DNA from: Marispirochaeta sp.
GTDB taxonomy: Bacteria > Spirochaetota > Spirochaetia > JC444 > Marispirochaetaceae
Direction of reading: 5' to 3'
DNA: 64,000 nt
Assembly (NCBI GenBank): GCA_963676835.2
Contig: CAXXFF010000002.1
Location: 160,001-224,000 of the forward strand
Below, in pieces: positions 11,297-21,339 of this stretch (the stretch's first letter is position 1; each line of letters opens with the position of its first letter). Under the pieces are notes generated by a model that made no database searches, was not told the origin of the DNA, and was given only the letters and a program-made list of their open reading frames with translations. The position numbers and the translations under genes are program-made.

Positions 11297-12196
11297 GTGG
11301 TTGAATACAAAGATCCTGTTGCAGAACAGATAAAAGCCTACATTCTGGACGATCCGCCCTTCTCCATGGACATCGGGAACACCACATCCGAGCCGGGATG
11401 GCACAAACTGAGATCCTCCGGCTCGCGAATATGGCTGCACGGCAGCGAAGAACTTGCTGCCGGTTTATGGAGCAGAGAGATAAGTGCCTACTATCTCAGT
11501 AACCGATCACTTCTTAACAGCCTTGAAACAGACTCTCCCGAGTTTCCCCTTATTGCAAAAGCCAACCAATTCCTGAAGGGCCTGCCTGAAAAAGAGAGAA
11601 CCCAGGAAATCCTTTTTATAATTCATGCAAAAAGGATATTACGGGTTTCCCGCATGCTCTCGGCACGGATAATTACAGAAATTCCTGCCGCCGATGAGAG
11701 CGCAGAGGATATCTGCCGTTACATACGCCGACTCTACCAGATTGCCCCGGAAACGATATCCCCTGTTCTTCCCTATACAAAAACAAATTCATCAGCAGCG
11801 GCAGCTCTATGCCCGGATAAAATACCCCTGACACTCTCAGGTATCCGCACTCCAGAAGAGGCCCTTATGGCAGCCGGATTTATAACCAGGGGCATAATCC
11901 TTCAAGCTCCTCCGGGGGTTACACCGGAATCACTGGCATGGGATACCATGGCCGCCTTGAAAGCAGTTGAAACCGAAACCAAAGCCCCGGATCTTATTAT
12001 AAACGGGGTTTCCGGCGAACAGGAGCTGATCAGCCTCAGCGGTTTTCCGGTAATCAATCTTCATGTGAATATTGCCAGTACATTACTGCACCAACCCGGA
12101 AGCAACGCGTCGCCGCTATCCGAGATGGAAGCCTCAGAACGGATAAGAACCTTAAGATCAGATGATTTTTACCAGAGAATAACTGCCCGGCTTTAA
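11297..12196 (+). CDS. Transaldolase-fold-like protein with degenerate catalytic motifs
   Basis: Layout recalls long-form transaldolases (W..L...GSRIWL, LW.REISA, EILFIIHA, ITEI, IAPET...LPYT), but the LDT, TTN and catalytic VKIP residues are absent. Confidence 0.5.
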   Translation: MVEYKDPVAEQIKAYILDDPPFSMDIGNTTSEPGWHKLRSSGSRIWLHGSEELAAGLWSREISAYYLSNRSLLNSLETDSPEFPLIAKANQFLKGLPEKERTQEILFIIHAKRILRVSRMLSARIITEIPAADESAEDICRYIRRLYQIAPETISPVLPYTKTNSSAAAALCPDKIPLTLSGIRTPEEALMAAGFITRGIILQAPPGVTPESLAWDTMAALKAVETETKAPDLIINGVSGEQELISLSGFPVINLHVNIASTLLHQPGSNASPLSEMEASERIRTLRSDDFYQRITARL

Positions 12197-12299
12197 AACT
12201 CCTGTTGAGAACATTGAAAAAAACGTATAAAACAGGCGATTTCCAATAAAATTTCCTATACTTACACGAAGAACTTCGATTGAAAGAAGAAATTCAGGT

Positions 12300-13877
12300 A
12301 TGAGTGACATTGAACAGAAAGCAGTAAAAACCGGAAAGACTTTTCCTGCATCCCGAATCTCTATTCTCATTTTTTTCGTCGGTATGCTGATTGTTGCAGC
12401 CGGCAGATTCGTTACCTGGCTCCCCATGGGAATCGTCGCCCTTCCCGCCCTTTTTTATGTACTCAACGGATCACGCCGGGGAACGGTCTTCACCCTGCTG
12501 TTTCTGCCTGTACCGGTGGTAACCGCTATTCTCTATATCCCCCATGAATGCAGGTTGGGCCTGACTATCATTGCCTATTTAATTCAGATTCCCCTGGCTT
12601 TTACCCTGCAGTACCGGAAAGAACAGAGCGAACTGATTCTCCAGCGGCAAATATACTTTGACTGCCTCACAGGCCTTCCCAACCGTTATAAACTGCTTTC
12701 CGACCTGGGCACTTCAGAAATTCCTATACTGTTTCTGGTCAATATCGATGATTTCAAGGAGATCAATGATGTATTCAGCCCGAAAGCAGGAGATACAATA
12801 CTCTATGAACTCAGCCGGCTTATAGGAGATATAACCAGGGATGAACCCTGCAGGCTCTATCGTCTTACAGCAGATGAGTATGCCCTGCTGTTTGATAATA
12901 AACGCACCGCCCTGAGCAGGGCCCATCTTTCGAGGCTGGCAGAAAAAATCTGTAAAGAGGCCGCTGCGGCAACATTCGCCCTCAACTCCTCCGAAATCCG
13001 GCTCAGAGTTACCATAGGTATTGGAGATTCCCGCATTGAGAGCAGCGACAATCTCCTTGCCCAGGCGGATATGGCACTTAAAACAGCCAAGGCGGGGCAT
13101 AAATCCTTCCTGTTTTTTACCCAGACCATTGATACACGGAAGAATTATGAAAAGAACATACAGTCCTTACGGATTCTAACCGACGCCCTGGAAAACGGCA
13201 GAGTTATACCCTATTTCATGCCCATCTCCAATTCTGCCAGCGGCATAATAGAAAGCTACGAATGTCTTGCCCGGCTGGTGGATGCTGACAACAGAGTCTA
13301 TCCTCCCTACTTTTTCCTTGAAATAGCCAAAAAAGCCAGGCTCTATTCTCAGGTAACCCGAATGGTTTTTCAGAAGGCCGTTGAGTATTTCCGTAGCCGA
13401 CCCCATATGTTTACGGTAAATATTTCCATGGAAGACATTGATAACCCGGAAACTGTCAGCTTTTTTCTCGAAATTCTCGAAACCACTCCCGAAATACGGG
13501 GCAGACTTATCTTTGAAATACTTGAATCGGAGAGTATCGACAACTACCCCCAGGTGGTAACCTTTATTCAGCTGGTAAAAACCTACGAATGTCGAATAGC
13601 CATTGATGACTTCGGCTCGGGATACTCCAACTTTGAACACATTCCACGGCTCAGAATTGATTATATAAAAATAAATGGAGCCCTGATCCGTAATATTACA
13701 AAGAACAGGGAAACCCGGTTCATAGTGGAGAATATCAGCAGCTTTGCCCGGGGACTGGGCATTCAGACCATTGCGGAATATGTTGAGGACGATGAAATTC
13801 GTACTGAGCTGAAAAACATGCAGGTGGATTATCTGCAGGGATTTCTCATAGGCGAACCGGCCGAATCGGTAAAATAG
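12300..13877 (+). CDS. Membrane-anchored GGDEF(degenerate)-EAL protein, likely c-di-GMP phosphodiesterase
   Basis: N-terminal TM helices; GGDEF replaced by TADEY; ECLAR, EILESE, DDFGSGYSN, IAEYVE intact. Confidence 0.88.
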   Translation: MSDIEQKAVKTGKTFPASRISILIFFVGMLIVAAGRFVTWLPMGIVALPALFYVLNGSRRGTVFTLLFLPVPVVTAILYIPHECRLGLTIIAYLIQIPLAFTLQYRKEQSELILQRQIYFDCLTGLPNRYKLLSDLGTSEIPILFLVNIDDFKEINDVFSPKAGDTILYELSRLIGDITRDEPCRLYRLTADEYALLFDNKRTALSRAHLSRLAEKICKEAAAATFALNSSEIRLRVTIGIGDSRIESSDNLLAQADMALKTAKAGHKSFLFFTQTIDTRKNYEKNIQSLRILTDALENGRVIPYFMPISNSASGIIESYECLARLVDADNRVYPPYFFLEIAKKARLYSQVTRMVFQKAVEYFRSRPHMFTVNISMEDIDNPETVSFFLEILETTPEIRGRLIFEILESESIDNYPQVVTFIQLVKTYECRIAIDDFGSGYSNFEHIPRLRIDYIKINGALIRNITKNRETRFIVENISSFARGLGIQTIAEYVEDDEIRTELKNMQVDYLQGFLIGEPAESVK

Positions 13878-13934
13878 ACGGAATAAACAGAATATTTAAT
13901 TGCAGTCCCGGCAGTTGGGCGTTACCCTTTAGGT

Positions 13935-15014
13935 ATGGTAACAGAAGAAATGGTTAAGAATATTCCCAAGGTGGAGCTCCATGATCACCTCGACGGCGGA
14001 CTGTCCCCGGAGACTATCATCGACCTGGCGGGGGAGTATAAAGTTGACTTGCCTTCAATGGAGGCTGAGCCGTTAAGGGAGTGGTTTCACCGGGGTGCGG
14101 ATAGAAAAAACCTGGGACTCTACCTGGAAGGATTTGCCTACACCGTAGCAGTCATGCAGACAAGAAGTGCCCTTAAACGGGTGGCACGGGAACATATGCA
14201 TCATCTATCTGAAGACAATGTGGTCTACGGTGAAATACGCTTTGCCCCGATACTGCACCTGGAACAGGGGCTGAATCTCGAGGAAGTGGTAAAATCCGTC
14301 CTTGAGGGGCTTGAAGAAGGCAGGGAAGAGACGGGGGTTCAGTTCGGGCTGATTCTCTGTGCCATGCGCCATCAGAAGGTTTCTCTGGATATTGCAGAGC
14401 TTGCCGTAGCCTTCAGAGGCAAAGGCGTAGTCGGCTTTGACATTGCCGGCGACGAATTCGGTCACCCCCCCAAAAAGCACCTCGATGCATTTCAATACAT
14501 CAAAAACCGCAACTTTAATATTACCATTCATGCCGGGGAAGCCTTCGGTATCGAATCGATATGGCAGGCGGTACAAATCTGCGGAGCTCATCGGATAGGC
14601 CATGCAACCCGTCTCATAGAAGATATAGCAGTCCAGGGAACCAGAATTGAGCAGATGGGCACCCTGTCGGAATACATCCGGGATAAACGTATTCCCATGG
14701 AAATATGCCTTTCTTCAAATATTCAGACCGGCGCGGCGGACAATCTGGATTCCCACCCGTTTAATATCTACTATCGTAACAATTTTCGGGTAATGCTCTG
14801 CACTGATAACCGCCTTATGAGCAATACCTCCCTTACAAAAGAGATGGGCCTGGCGGTTGAGTACTACGGACTGGGACTCAGGGACCTGGAGAAACTGAGC
14901 ATAAATGCCATGAAATCGGCGTTTATCGGTTACGATGAAAGAATTGCGCTGATTTATGATGTACTGAAACCGGCATTTGCAAAAATAAGGGAGACCACAA
15001 ACCCCAACAGCTGA
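13935..15014 (+). CDS. add: Adenosine deaminase
   Basis: ELHDHLDG, TIHAGE, RIGH, TDN metal-binding motifs. Confidence 0.92.
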   Translation: MVTEEMVKNIPKVELHDHLDGGLSPETIIDLAGEYKVDLPSMEAEPLREWFHRGADRKNLGLYLEGFAYTVAVMQTRSALKRVAREHMHHLSEDNVVYGEIRFAPILHLEQGLNLEEVVKSVLEGLEEGREETGVQFGLILCAMRHQKVSLDIAELAVAFRGKGVVGFDIAGDEFGHPPKKHLDAFQYIKNRNFNITIHAGEAFGIESIWQAVQICGAHRIGHATRLIEDIAVQGTRIEQMGTLSEYIRDKRIPMEICLSSNIQTGAADNLDSHPFNIYYRNNFRVMLCTDNRLMSNTSLTKEMGLAVEYYGLGLRDLEKLSINAMKSAFIGYDERIALIYDVLKPAFAKIRETTNPNS

Positions 15015-15041
15015 TACCGGAATGAATCCACAGAAAAAAGA

Positions 15042-17813
15042 TCAACCGGGAAGATTCAGCTGATCAAGATATGTACGGAATCCACCCATTGCCTCAAAGA
15101 GTTCCGGCAGAAGCGTTTCCAGTTCTGCCTTGTTCCGGTTTTTTGCGGAAGCCTCCGCTTTTGCAGCGCTTTTTGAAAGAGGGTGGGCAAAGACATTCAT
15201 GGCCCCGCCCTTTATAGAGTGTATCTCACGATGAAGCAGGGGCCAGTCTTCTGCCGCAAAGGCTGCGGCAATAATATCATTCTGCCTTGCAAGGCTTTCA
15301 CTGAAAGCATTCAGCATGGAAGCTGCAACCTCACTCTGCCCCTCGACTTCATTCAACAGGGCCGGGTAGTCACAAATATCATCTCCTGAAGCGATATCAG
15401 CTGCGGATTGCCCGGAAGCCTGTTCTTTTTTCCCTGTCAGCCAGGCCCGAATCTCATCAAGAAAACTTTCCCTCCGCAGGGGTTTGGTTATTACCCCATT
15501 CATACCTGCCTGGCGGTACTGAACAAGATCCTCTGTGAAGGCATTGGCGGTTAATCCGATAATGGGGATATTTTCTTTTCCCAGAGACCGGCGTATATAG
15601 GTTGTTGCTTCCACACCATCCATTTCGGGCATCTGAATATCCATGAGAATCAGATCAAACCCGCCGGATTCCACCAGCTCAATTGCCTGGCGGCCATTCT
15701 CCGCCTCTTCCACCCTGCAGCCCAGAGATTCCAGATGAGTTCTGGCAATTACCCGGTTGGAAGGATAATCCTCCACCACAAGAACCCGTGGATTCCCCTG
15801 GATAAGTTTTGACTCGCTGCCGGATCCCGGATAGGCCGCGGAAAAGGCATTATGCCCGGGAACCATACAGGGCAGGGTAAACCAGAAACTGGAGCCTGAA
15901 CCCACTTCGCTGGTAAAGTGGATGGAACCCTTCATAATTCCGACCAGCTGCTTGGTTATCGTCATGCCCAGGCCGGATCCGCCGTACACCCTGGTCCGGG
16001 AGGAATCGCCCTGTTCGAAGCTTTCGAAAATACGGTCGGACTGTTCCTTCGGAATGCCTATGCCGGTGTCTGTTACGGTAAACTTCAGAACCAGCTCATG
16101 TTCATTAATTACTGAATCAACAGAAACCGTCAGAACTACAGAACCATGAGAGGTAAACTTCACCGCATTGCTGACAATATTGTCCAGAACCTGCCGCAGA
16201 CGAAACGAATCAGCCTCAATAATGGAGGGGACTCCCGGAGAGACCCGGGTCTGCCATTTCAGATTCTTTTCAGCACACTGAAGCTCAAAACTCTTGCCTA
16301 CACCATTAACAAACTCCGCAATGACAAAGGGCGAAGAGTCGAGAGAGATCTTACCGGCTTCAATCTTTTCTATATCCAGAAGCTGGTTAATAAGGGTGAG
16401 CAGACGCTCCGACTCATCAAGAATTACATCAACATTCTTCTGCTGCTTCGTTGTACAGCTTCGCCCCAGCATCTCACTGAAACCGATGATACAGTTCAGG
16501 GGAGTACGCATTTCATGGCTGATATTGGCAAGAAAACGGCTTTTTGCCTGGCTGGCATGACGGGCTGCGTCTATGGCGTCCTTCAAATCCGCATTAGCCT
16601 TCTGCAAGGCCCTGGTTCTGTCAAAAACCTTCTGTTCTGTTTTTTCCGAGTACAGCTCAAGTTCATCATGGAGCCGCATGGAACGGACCGCGAGGGAGGC
16701 AAAAATTCCCATGTCGAAAACAAAGATGCCGACTCCCTGCACCCAGAAATGAGGATAAACCCGCATGATCATAAAAATAATATCATGACTGCCAATCAGC
16801 CCTCCCAGGATTACACCGAACAGCATGGGCAGTGTATCCGGAACTCCTCTGCGATAGGCCCGGACTGTGATAATACCCATAAGAACAATCTCACAGGCCA
16901 GAGGAAAGAGGGAGAAGGCAAAAATATTGTCAATTTTAAGATTGGTTTTTCCAAAAATCAGGATGCTGAAAAAAGAGAGGGCACTGAGAAACCAGAAGTA
17001 GGGAAGAAGCTTACCGGCTTTGGATGCCTCCAGATATCTGACCACAAAGGCCGTCATAAGCGTAAAAGCAGGGAAAAAGACAGCCTTACTGAATCCGTAA
17101 AAGGGAATAAAGGGCAGCCAGGGAAACAGATATCCCATGCGCAGGAAATAGAGGGCCAGTCCGATATTGACAACGGAAAATACAAGGTTGTTTCGTTCCA
17201 CCGGACGGACAGCAAACTGCATGAGATAAAAAAGGGCCACAAAAAGAGAAAGAAATGAAAGAAAGCGATAAAGATCGACATTCATGAAATTAACCACTTT
17301 GTCGAAGTAGAAAAAATCATCATAAAAACCGAAAGCCGGGGGAATCAGGTTTACCCGGTCATACTCATAATACATTTGCATAAGCAGATCATTGGGTTCA
17401 TCGTAGCGCAGCAGACCCTCCGGAATCGCCGCATTTATAGATAATGCATCATGGTAGTGATAATCGGGAGGAGAAATTCCGTGGGAGACAACTTCAATAC
17501 CGTTTACAAAGACCTTCACCGAGGCCCAACGGCGGCCGAGAAACAGATACAGTTTTGTGCCCTTAAGCTGCGAAGGAACAACAAAATTGCTGCGCATGTC
17601 CACAGCAACATAGTCGCCGCTCTCCACCTGCAGCCGGGAAGGCAGATCCAGAGGCATCCACTCTGAAGATCCTCCCTCATCGGTACGGGAGTACATCCAG
17701 CCGCGATCAAGATAGGTTATTCCTTCAGAGTTAATTACCGTCTCGGATTGGGACCAGACAGGAAAAGAGAAGAGAATAGAGAGAAGGAGAAGAACAGTGG
17801 CAATCCGCATCAT
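15042..17813 (-). CDS. Hybrid sensor histidine kinase (extracellular sugar-binding-like domain, 7TM, HisKA, HATPase, REC, Hpt)
   Basis: ISHEMRTPL, NAVKFT, DTGIGI, GGSGLG, MDIQMPEMDG, HSIKG. Confidence 0.92.
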   Translation of the reverse strand: MMRIATVLLLLSILFSFPVWSQSETVINSEGITYLDRGWMYSRTDEGGSSEWMPLDLPSRLQVESGDYVAVDMRSNFVVPSQLKGTKLYLFLGRRWASVKVFVNGIEVVSHGISPPDYHYHDALSINAAIPEGLLRYDEPNDLLMQMYYEYDRVNLIPPAFGFYDDFFYFDKVVNFMNVDLYRFLSFLSLFVALFYLMQFAVRPVERNNLVFSVVNIGLALYFLRMGYLFPWLPFIPFYGFSKAVFFPAFTLMTAFVVRYLEASKAGKLLPYFWFLSALSFFSILIFGKTNLKIDNIFAFSLFPLACEIVLMGIITVRAYRRGVPDTLPMLFGVILGGLIGSHDIIFMIMRVYPHFWVQGVGIFVFDMGIFASLAVRSMRLHDELELYSEKTEQKVFDRTRALQKANADLKDAIDAARHASQAKSRFLANISHEMRTPLNCIIGFSEMLGRSCTTKQQKNVDVILDESERLLTLINQLLDIEKIEAGKISLDSSPFVIAEFVNGVGKSFELQCAEKNLKWQTRVSPGVPSIIEADSFRLRQVLDNIVSNAVKFTSHGSVVLTVSVDSVINEHELVLKFTVTDTGIGIPKEQSDRIFESFEQGDSSRTRVYGGSGLGMTITKQLVGIMKGSIHFTSEVGSGSSFWFTLPCMVPGHNAFSAAYPGSGSESKLIQGNPRVLVVEDYPSNRVIARTHLESLGCRVEEAENGRQAIELVESGGFDLILMDIQMPEMDGVEATTYIRRSLGKENIPIIGLTANAFTEDLVQYRQAGMNGVITKPLRRESFLDEIRAWLTGKKEQASGQSAADIASGDDICDYPALLNEVEGQSEVAASMLNAFSESLARQNDIIAAAFAAEDWPLLHREIHSIKGGAMNVFAHPLSKSAAKAEASAKNRNKAELETLLPELFEAMGGFRTYLDQLNLPG

Positions 17814-17880
17814 GGGTACTCAACGGATTTAGAATACCCGAAGTCTCGACGAAAAGCTACACTAATGCTAAGAAGTAATT

Positions 17881-18306
17881 ATGAATATTCCTGTTTCAAT
17901 TATTGTAGCCTTGGCTGTTCAGCAGTTTTGCCAGATAATCAAATTTATCATCTATTCAGTCAGAGACAGGCGCATCAGCTTTCACTACCTTACCTCTTCC
18001 GGGGGAATGCCCAGCGCCCATTCCGCTTTTGTAACCGCTCTGTGTGTTTCTGTAGGCGTGCGCTCCGGTATGGGTTCCGAAACCTTCGCGGTGGCTGCAG
18101 TTCTGGCTTTTATTGTAATACATGACGCCTTCCGGGTCCGTGGAGCACTGCAGGAGGTGATTCATATTCTCAAGGCTGATCATCCGGAGAACGAACATGC
18201 TGCAGCGGCACTGCCGGAAACTGTCGGTCACAACAGCCGGGAAATAGTGGCTGGCATTATTATTGCCCTTTGTATAGCACTGCCGGTCTCAATCCTGCTG
18301 AAATAG
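17881..18306 (+). CDS. Divergent PAP2 family protein (DUF212)
   Basis: SGGMPSAHSA, DA..VR and GH...EI..G motifs. Confidence 0.88.
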   Translation: MNIPVSIIVALAVQQFCQIIKFIIYSVRDRRISFHYLTSSGGMPSAHSAFVTALCVSVGVRSGMGSETFAVAAVLAFIVIHDAFRVRGALQEVIHILKADHPENEHAAAALPETVGHNSREIVAGIIIALCIALPVSILLK

Positions 18307-18312
18307 AGGGGT

Positions 18313-18972
18313 TTACCAGGTTTTGTATGCATCGACTTCCCGGAGAGATATCTTCAGGCGCATCCTGACCGTATATTTTCCGGCCTGAACCCCCACGGTG
18401 GGTGTATCTATAAGAAACAGGCTGCCCTCAAGCCTTCGCGGCTTGTTGCGTATTCTGGCCCGGGCATACTCCCGCACAGCCTCCTTAAGGGCCTGCCGGT
18501 AGGCTTCCATTTTCCCTTCGTGGCCTAAAATATACCGCCCTTCTCCATAGCCGATAACACTGGGAATAGCAGCACTCAACCAGCTTGAGATACGCAGGTA
18601 CTCCTCTTTTTCCGGGTAATAACGGTAGAGCAGCATGGCCCTGTTTTCCCTGCCCCGGGCATCCACCGGCGGAGGAAGCCTGGTTCCAAGCTCCGCGGCG
18701 GATTCCAGAATAAATTCTTCCGAAATTCCACGGGTTCTGTCCAGGGGGCGGTAGGAGAAGGTATAGCCGTAGACCATTCCGGAAAGAAGAAACCCGGCCT
18801 CTGTATCGGCCAGTTCCCGGGCCTCAGTAAATCCCAGAGGAGAAAGAGACTCCCAGGAGGTATCCAGGTCTATCCAGATATCCGCCTCCACCGGCGGATA
18901 CTCCTGAGCAGTCAGGGGATGTATAAAGAGAGAAAGAATTATAAGAATGAGAAGAAATTTTTTCAGGGCCAA
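18313..18972 (-). CDS. Hypothetical exported protein
   Basis: Signal peptide; overlaps the rhomboid stop, suggesting translational coupling. Confidence 0.7.
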   Translation of the reverse strand: MALKKFLLILIILSLFIHPLTAQEYPPVEADIWIDLDTSWESLSPLGFTEARELADTEAGFLLSGMVYGYTFSYRPLDRTRGISEEFILESAAELGTRLPPPVDARGRENRAMLLYRYYPEKEEYLRISSWLSAAIPSVIGYGEGRYILGHEGKMEAYRQALKEAVREYARARIRNKPRRLEGSLFLIDTPTVGVQAGKYTVRMRLKISLREVDAYKTW

Positions 18973-19613
18973 CGGCCGCCCCGGCCGCCGCCGCGGAAGA
19001 CATCCACCGGATTGATTCCAAGTCTGACAATAAAATAAATAAACGCAAATCCGAAGCCGGCCAGATGGGTCAGATGAGCAACTCCGCTGTTGCGGGACAT
19101 AAACTGTGAGTAAAGCTCAATTACCGTGTAGCCAATAACCAGGTGGGTGGCCTTCACCGGAAAAATTCCCATCAGGTAAATCCGGGCATTGGGATAGTAG
19201 ACAGCAAAGGCCAGAAGTACGGCAAAAACAGCTCCGGAAGCACCAAGCAGACGGATGTTGGTATTGCTCAGGTAAAACACCAGGAAACTGAACAGACCTG
19301 CCAGAAAACCGGAAAGAAGATAAAACAGGAGAAACTCACTGCTGCCCATGCGCTGTTCCACCTGGACTCCGAAAAAGAAAAGGCCAAGCATATTGAACAG
19401 AATGTGGGACATGCCTGCATGGGTAAACATGTAGGTGACAAACTGCCACAGATAGCCCCGGTAAATAATATCCACCGGTGTCATTGACATCAGGTAGATG
19501 GTTCGGGGTGCCATGTAGTTTATAAAATAGACCGCTACATTAATAAAAATAAGCACAAATACAATATTTGAGTAATGGTAGGCAAACGGCTTACGCAGTA
19601 TAGAATTTCTCAT
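18963..19613 (-). CDS. Rhomboid intramembrane serine protease
   Basis: WQFVTYMFTH, HILFNM, GASG, AHLTHLAG. Confidence 0.93.
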   Translation of the reverse strand: MRNSILRKPFAYHYSNIVFVLIFINVAVYFINYMAPRTIYLMSMTPVDIIYRGYLWQFVTYMFTHAGMSHILFNMLGLFFFGVQVEQRMGSSEFLLFYLLSGFLAGLFSFLVFYLSNTNIRLLGASGAVFAVLLAFAVYYPNARIYLMGIFPVKATHLVIGYTVIELYSQFMSRNSGVAHLTHLAGFGFAFIYFIVRLGINPVDVFRGGGRGGRWP

Positions 19614-19670
19614 ACCTGTTAAAAATACGGAGAAAAGATGGAGATGGTCAACAGTGGCAAAGCTGTGCGC

Positions 19671-19931
19671 TCAGGAGAGAACATCTACGGTTGCCCGGAC
19701 TTCTCCCTGAAGCCCTTCCAGATCGATGACAATATGCCAGGACCCTACTGACGGCGGGCGCATATCGACTCCGGGAGGATGATATAATCCCCCGGTAAAA
19801 CTATAGGGTTTTTTCAGCCGGTACTTCGCATAATTAAGCTCATCCATGAGCCGCACATTGGCATTACAGTTTATTTTAACCTGTATAAGCCTGTCCGGAC
19901 CGGCGTTAACTACGTAATGCAGAAATGTCAT
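19671..19931 (-). CDS. DUF1883-family small protein
   Basis: ANVRLMD..NY..Y, GG, P..G.WHIVIDL.G pattern. Confidence 0.7.
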   Translation of the reverse strand: MTFLHYVVNAGPDRLIQVKINCNANVRLMDELNYAKYRLKKPYSFTGGLYHPPGVDMRPPSVGSWHIVIDLEGLQGEVRATVDVLS

Positions 19932-20023
19932 AATCCTGTCCGCCTGTGTACTTTTTCATACTTCTTGATTACCATAGTATACATCCTTTGTAAGAATTAC
20001 TACCGGGAGGACGGAAAGTCAAG

Positions 20024-20638
20024 ATGCGGGATAAACCGGACCATTATACTCGACAGGCAAAGAAAGAAGGCTACCCGGCCCGGTCTGTATACAAACTCCA
20101 GGAACTTGATCAGCGATTCGGCCTGATCCCCCGGGAAGGGTCTGTACTCGATATCGGCGCATCCCCGGGCAGCTGGACCCTCTATGCAGGCCGCAAATCT
20201 CAAGGCAGACTGAAGCTGGTTGCAGTTGATTTAAAACCTCTGGATGCCAGGCTCGCGGATAAGACCAGATTGAGCCTGACAGGCGATGTTTTCTCCGAAG
20301 AGATACGGGAACAGCTTATAGAATATGCCCCGTACAGTCTGGTTATGAGCGATGCTGCACCGGCGACAAGCGGAAACCGTACTGTCGACTGCGGCCGGTC
20401 CTTTTCTCTGGTTGAAGGAATTATTGAAATACTTCCGGAACTTCTGGCTCCGGGAGGCAGTTTTACAGCGAAAATCTTTCAGGGCGGCATGGAACGCCGA
20501 CTCCTTGAACGAATGCAGACCATGTTTACCACTGCCCGGATGAACAAGCCCAAAGCCTGCAGACGTGAATCCTTTGAAACTTTTCTGGTCGGCACCGGAT
20601 TTTCAGGGATTTCAGAACAAAAAGGGGATACCTATTAA
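20024..20638 (+). CDS. rlmE: 23S rRNA Um2552 2'-O-methyltransferase (FtsJ/RrmJ)
   Basis: RSVYKL, DIGASPGSW, SDAAP, KIFQG, KPKACRRES.E (K-D-K-E tetrad). Confidence 0.93.
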   Translation: MRDKPDHYTRQAKKEGYPARSVYKLQELDQRFGLIPREGSVLDIGASPGSWTLYAGRKSQGRLKLVAVDLKPLDARLADKTRLSLTGDVFSEEIREQLIEYAPYSLVMSDAAPATSGNRTVDCGRSFSLVEGIIEILPELLAPGGSFTAKIFQGGMERRLLERMQTMFTTARMNKPKACRRESFETFLVGTGFSGISEQKGDTY

Positions 20639-20642
20639 TCCC

Positions 20643-21305
20643 GTGAAGCACATCCGTCCTGTACTCCCTGCACTTATAGCTGCAGCGGTAGTGGTATTCT
20701 CCTCCTGCACAAGCCTGCCACCTTCTGAAATGGTGCCGGTGCCGGAAACAGAAGGTCTGTCTCCGGTACAGAATCTGCTCATGGAAGGAGCTCAGCGTTT
20801 CGCCGGAGCATCATCCCTCAAGGTAAATGGAAGAACATTCCCCATGGACTGCACCGGCACAGTACTGGCAATTTATGCCTATGCAGGCATAGATCTGGCA
20901 GGACCGATGAATAACTTTTCCGGAAACGGCGTAACCCGTCTCAACAGCTACCTGCAGAGCCTTGGACTCCTCTACTCCACCGAGCTGCCGGCTCCCGGAG
21001 ATATTATCTTCTGGGATGACACCTACGACCGCAACAATGACGGGATCTGGAACGATCCTCTCACCCATGCAGGGATTGTGCTCACCACCGACCCCGACGG
21101 AACAATTCATTACATCCACCACAATTACCGCCTGGGGATTGTAGTGGCCCGGATGAACCTGCTTAAACCGGATACGGTCGAATCAGGAGATAAACGGCTG
21201 AACTCCGCCATGCGCATGCGGGATGGGAAAGTTCACCCCCGCTGGCTCTCAAGCCATCTTTACAGAGAGCTGGGACAGGGCTGGAAGATTGCAGCAGAAA
21301 GCTGA
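20643..21305 (+). CDS. NlpC/P60 (CHAP-like) lipoprotein, putative cell-wall peptidase
   Basis: Start taken at GTG 20643, just after the rlmE stop; lipobox FSSC; DCTG, PGDIIFW, THAGIV. Confidence 0.8.
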   Translation: MKHIRPVLPALIAAAVVVFSSCTSLPPSEMVPVPETEGLSPVQNLLMEGAQRFAGASSLKVNGRTFPMDCTGTVLAIYAYAGIDLAGPMNNFSGNGVTRLNSYLQSLGLLYSTELPAPGDIIFWDDTYDRNNDGIWNDPLTHAGIVLTTDPDGTIHYIHHNYRLGIVVARMNLLKPDTVESGDKRLNSAMRMRDGKVHPRWLSSHLYRELGQGWKIAAES

Positions 21306-21339
21306 GATACATCTACCGTAAAGCAACAAGGTAAACAGG

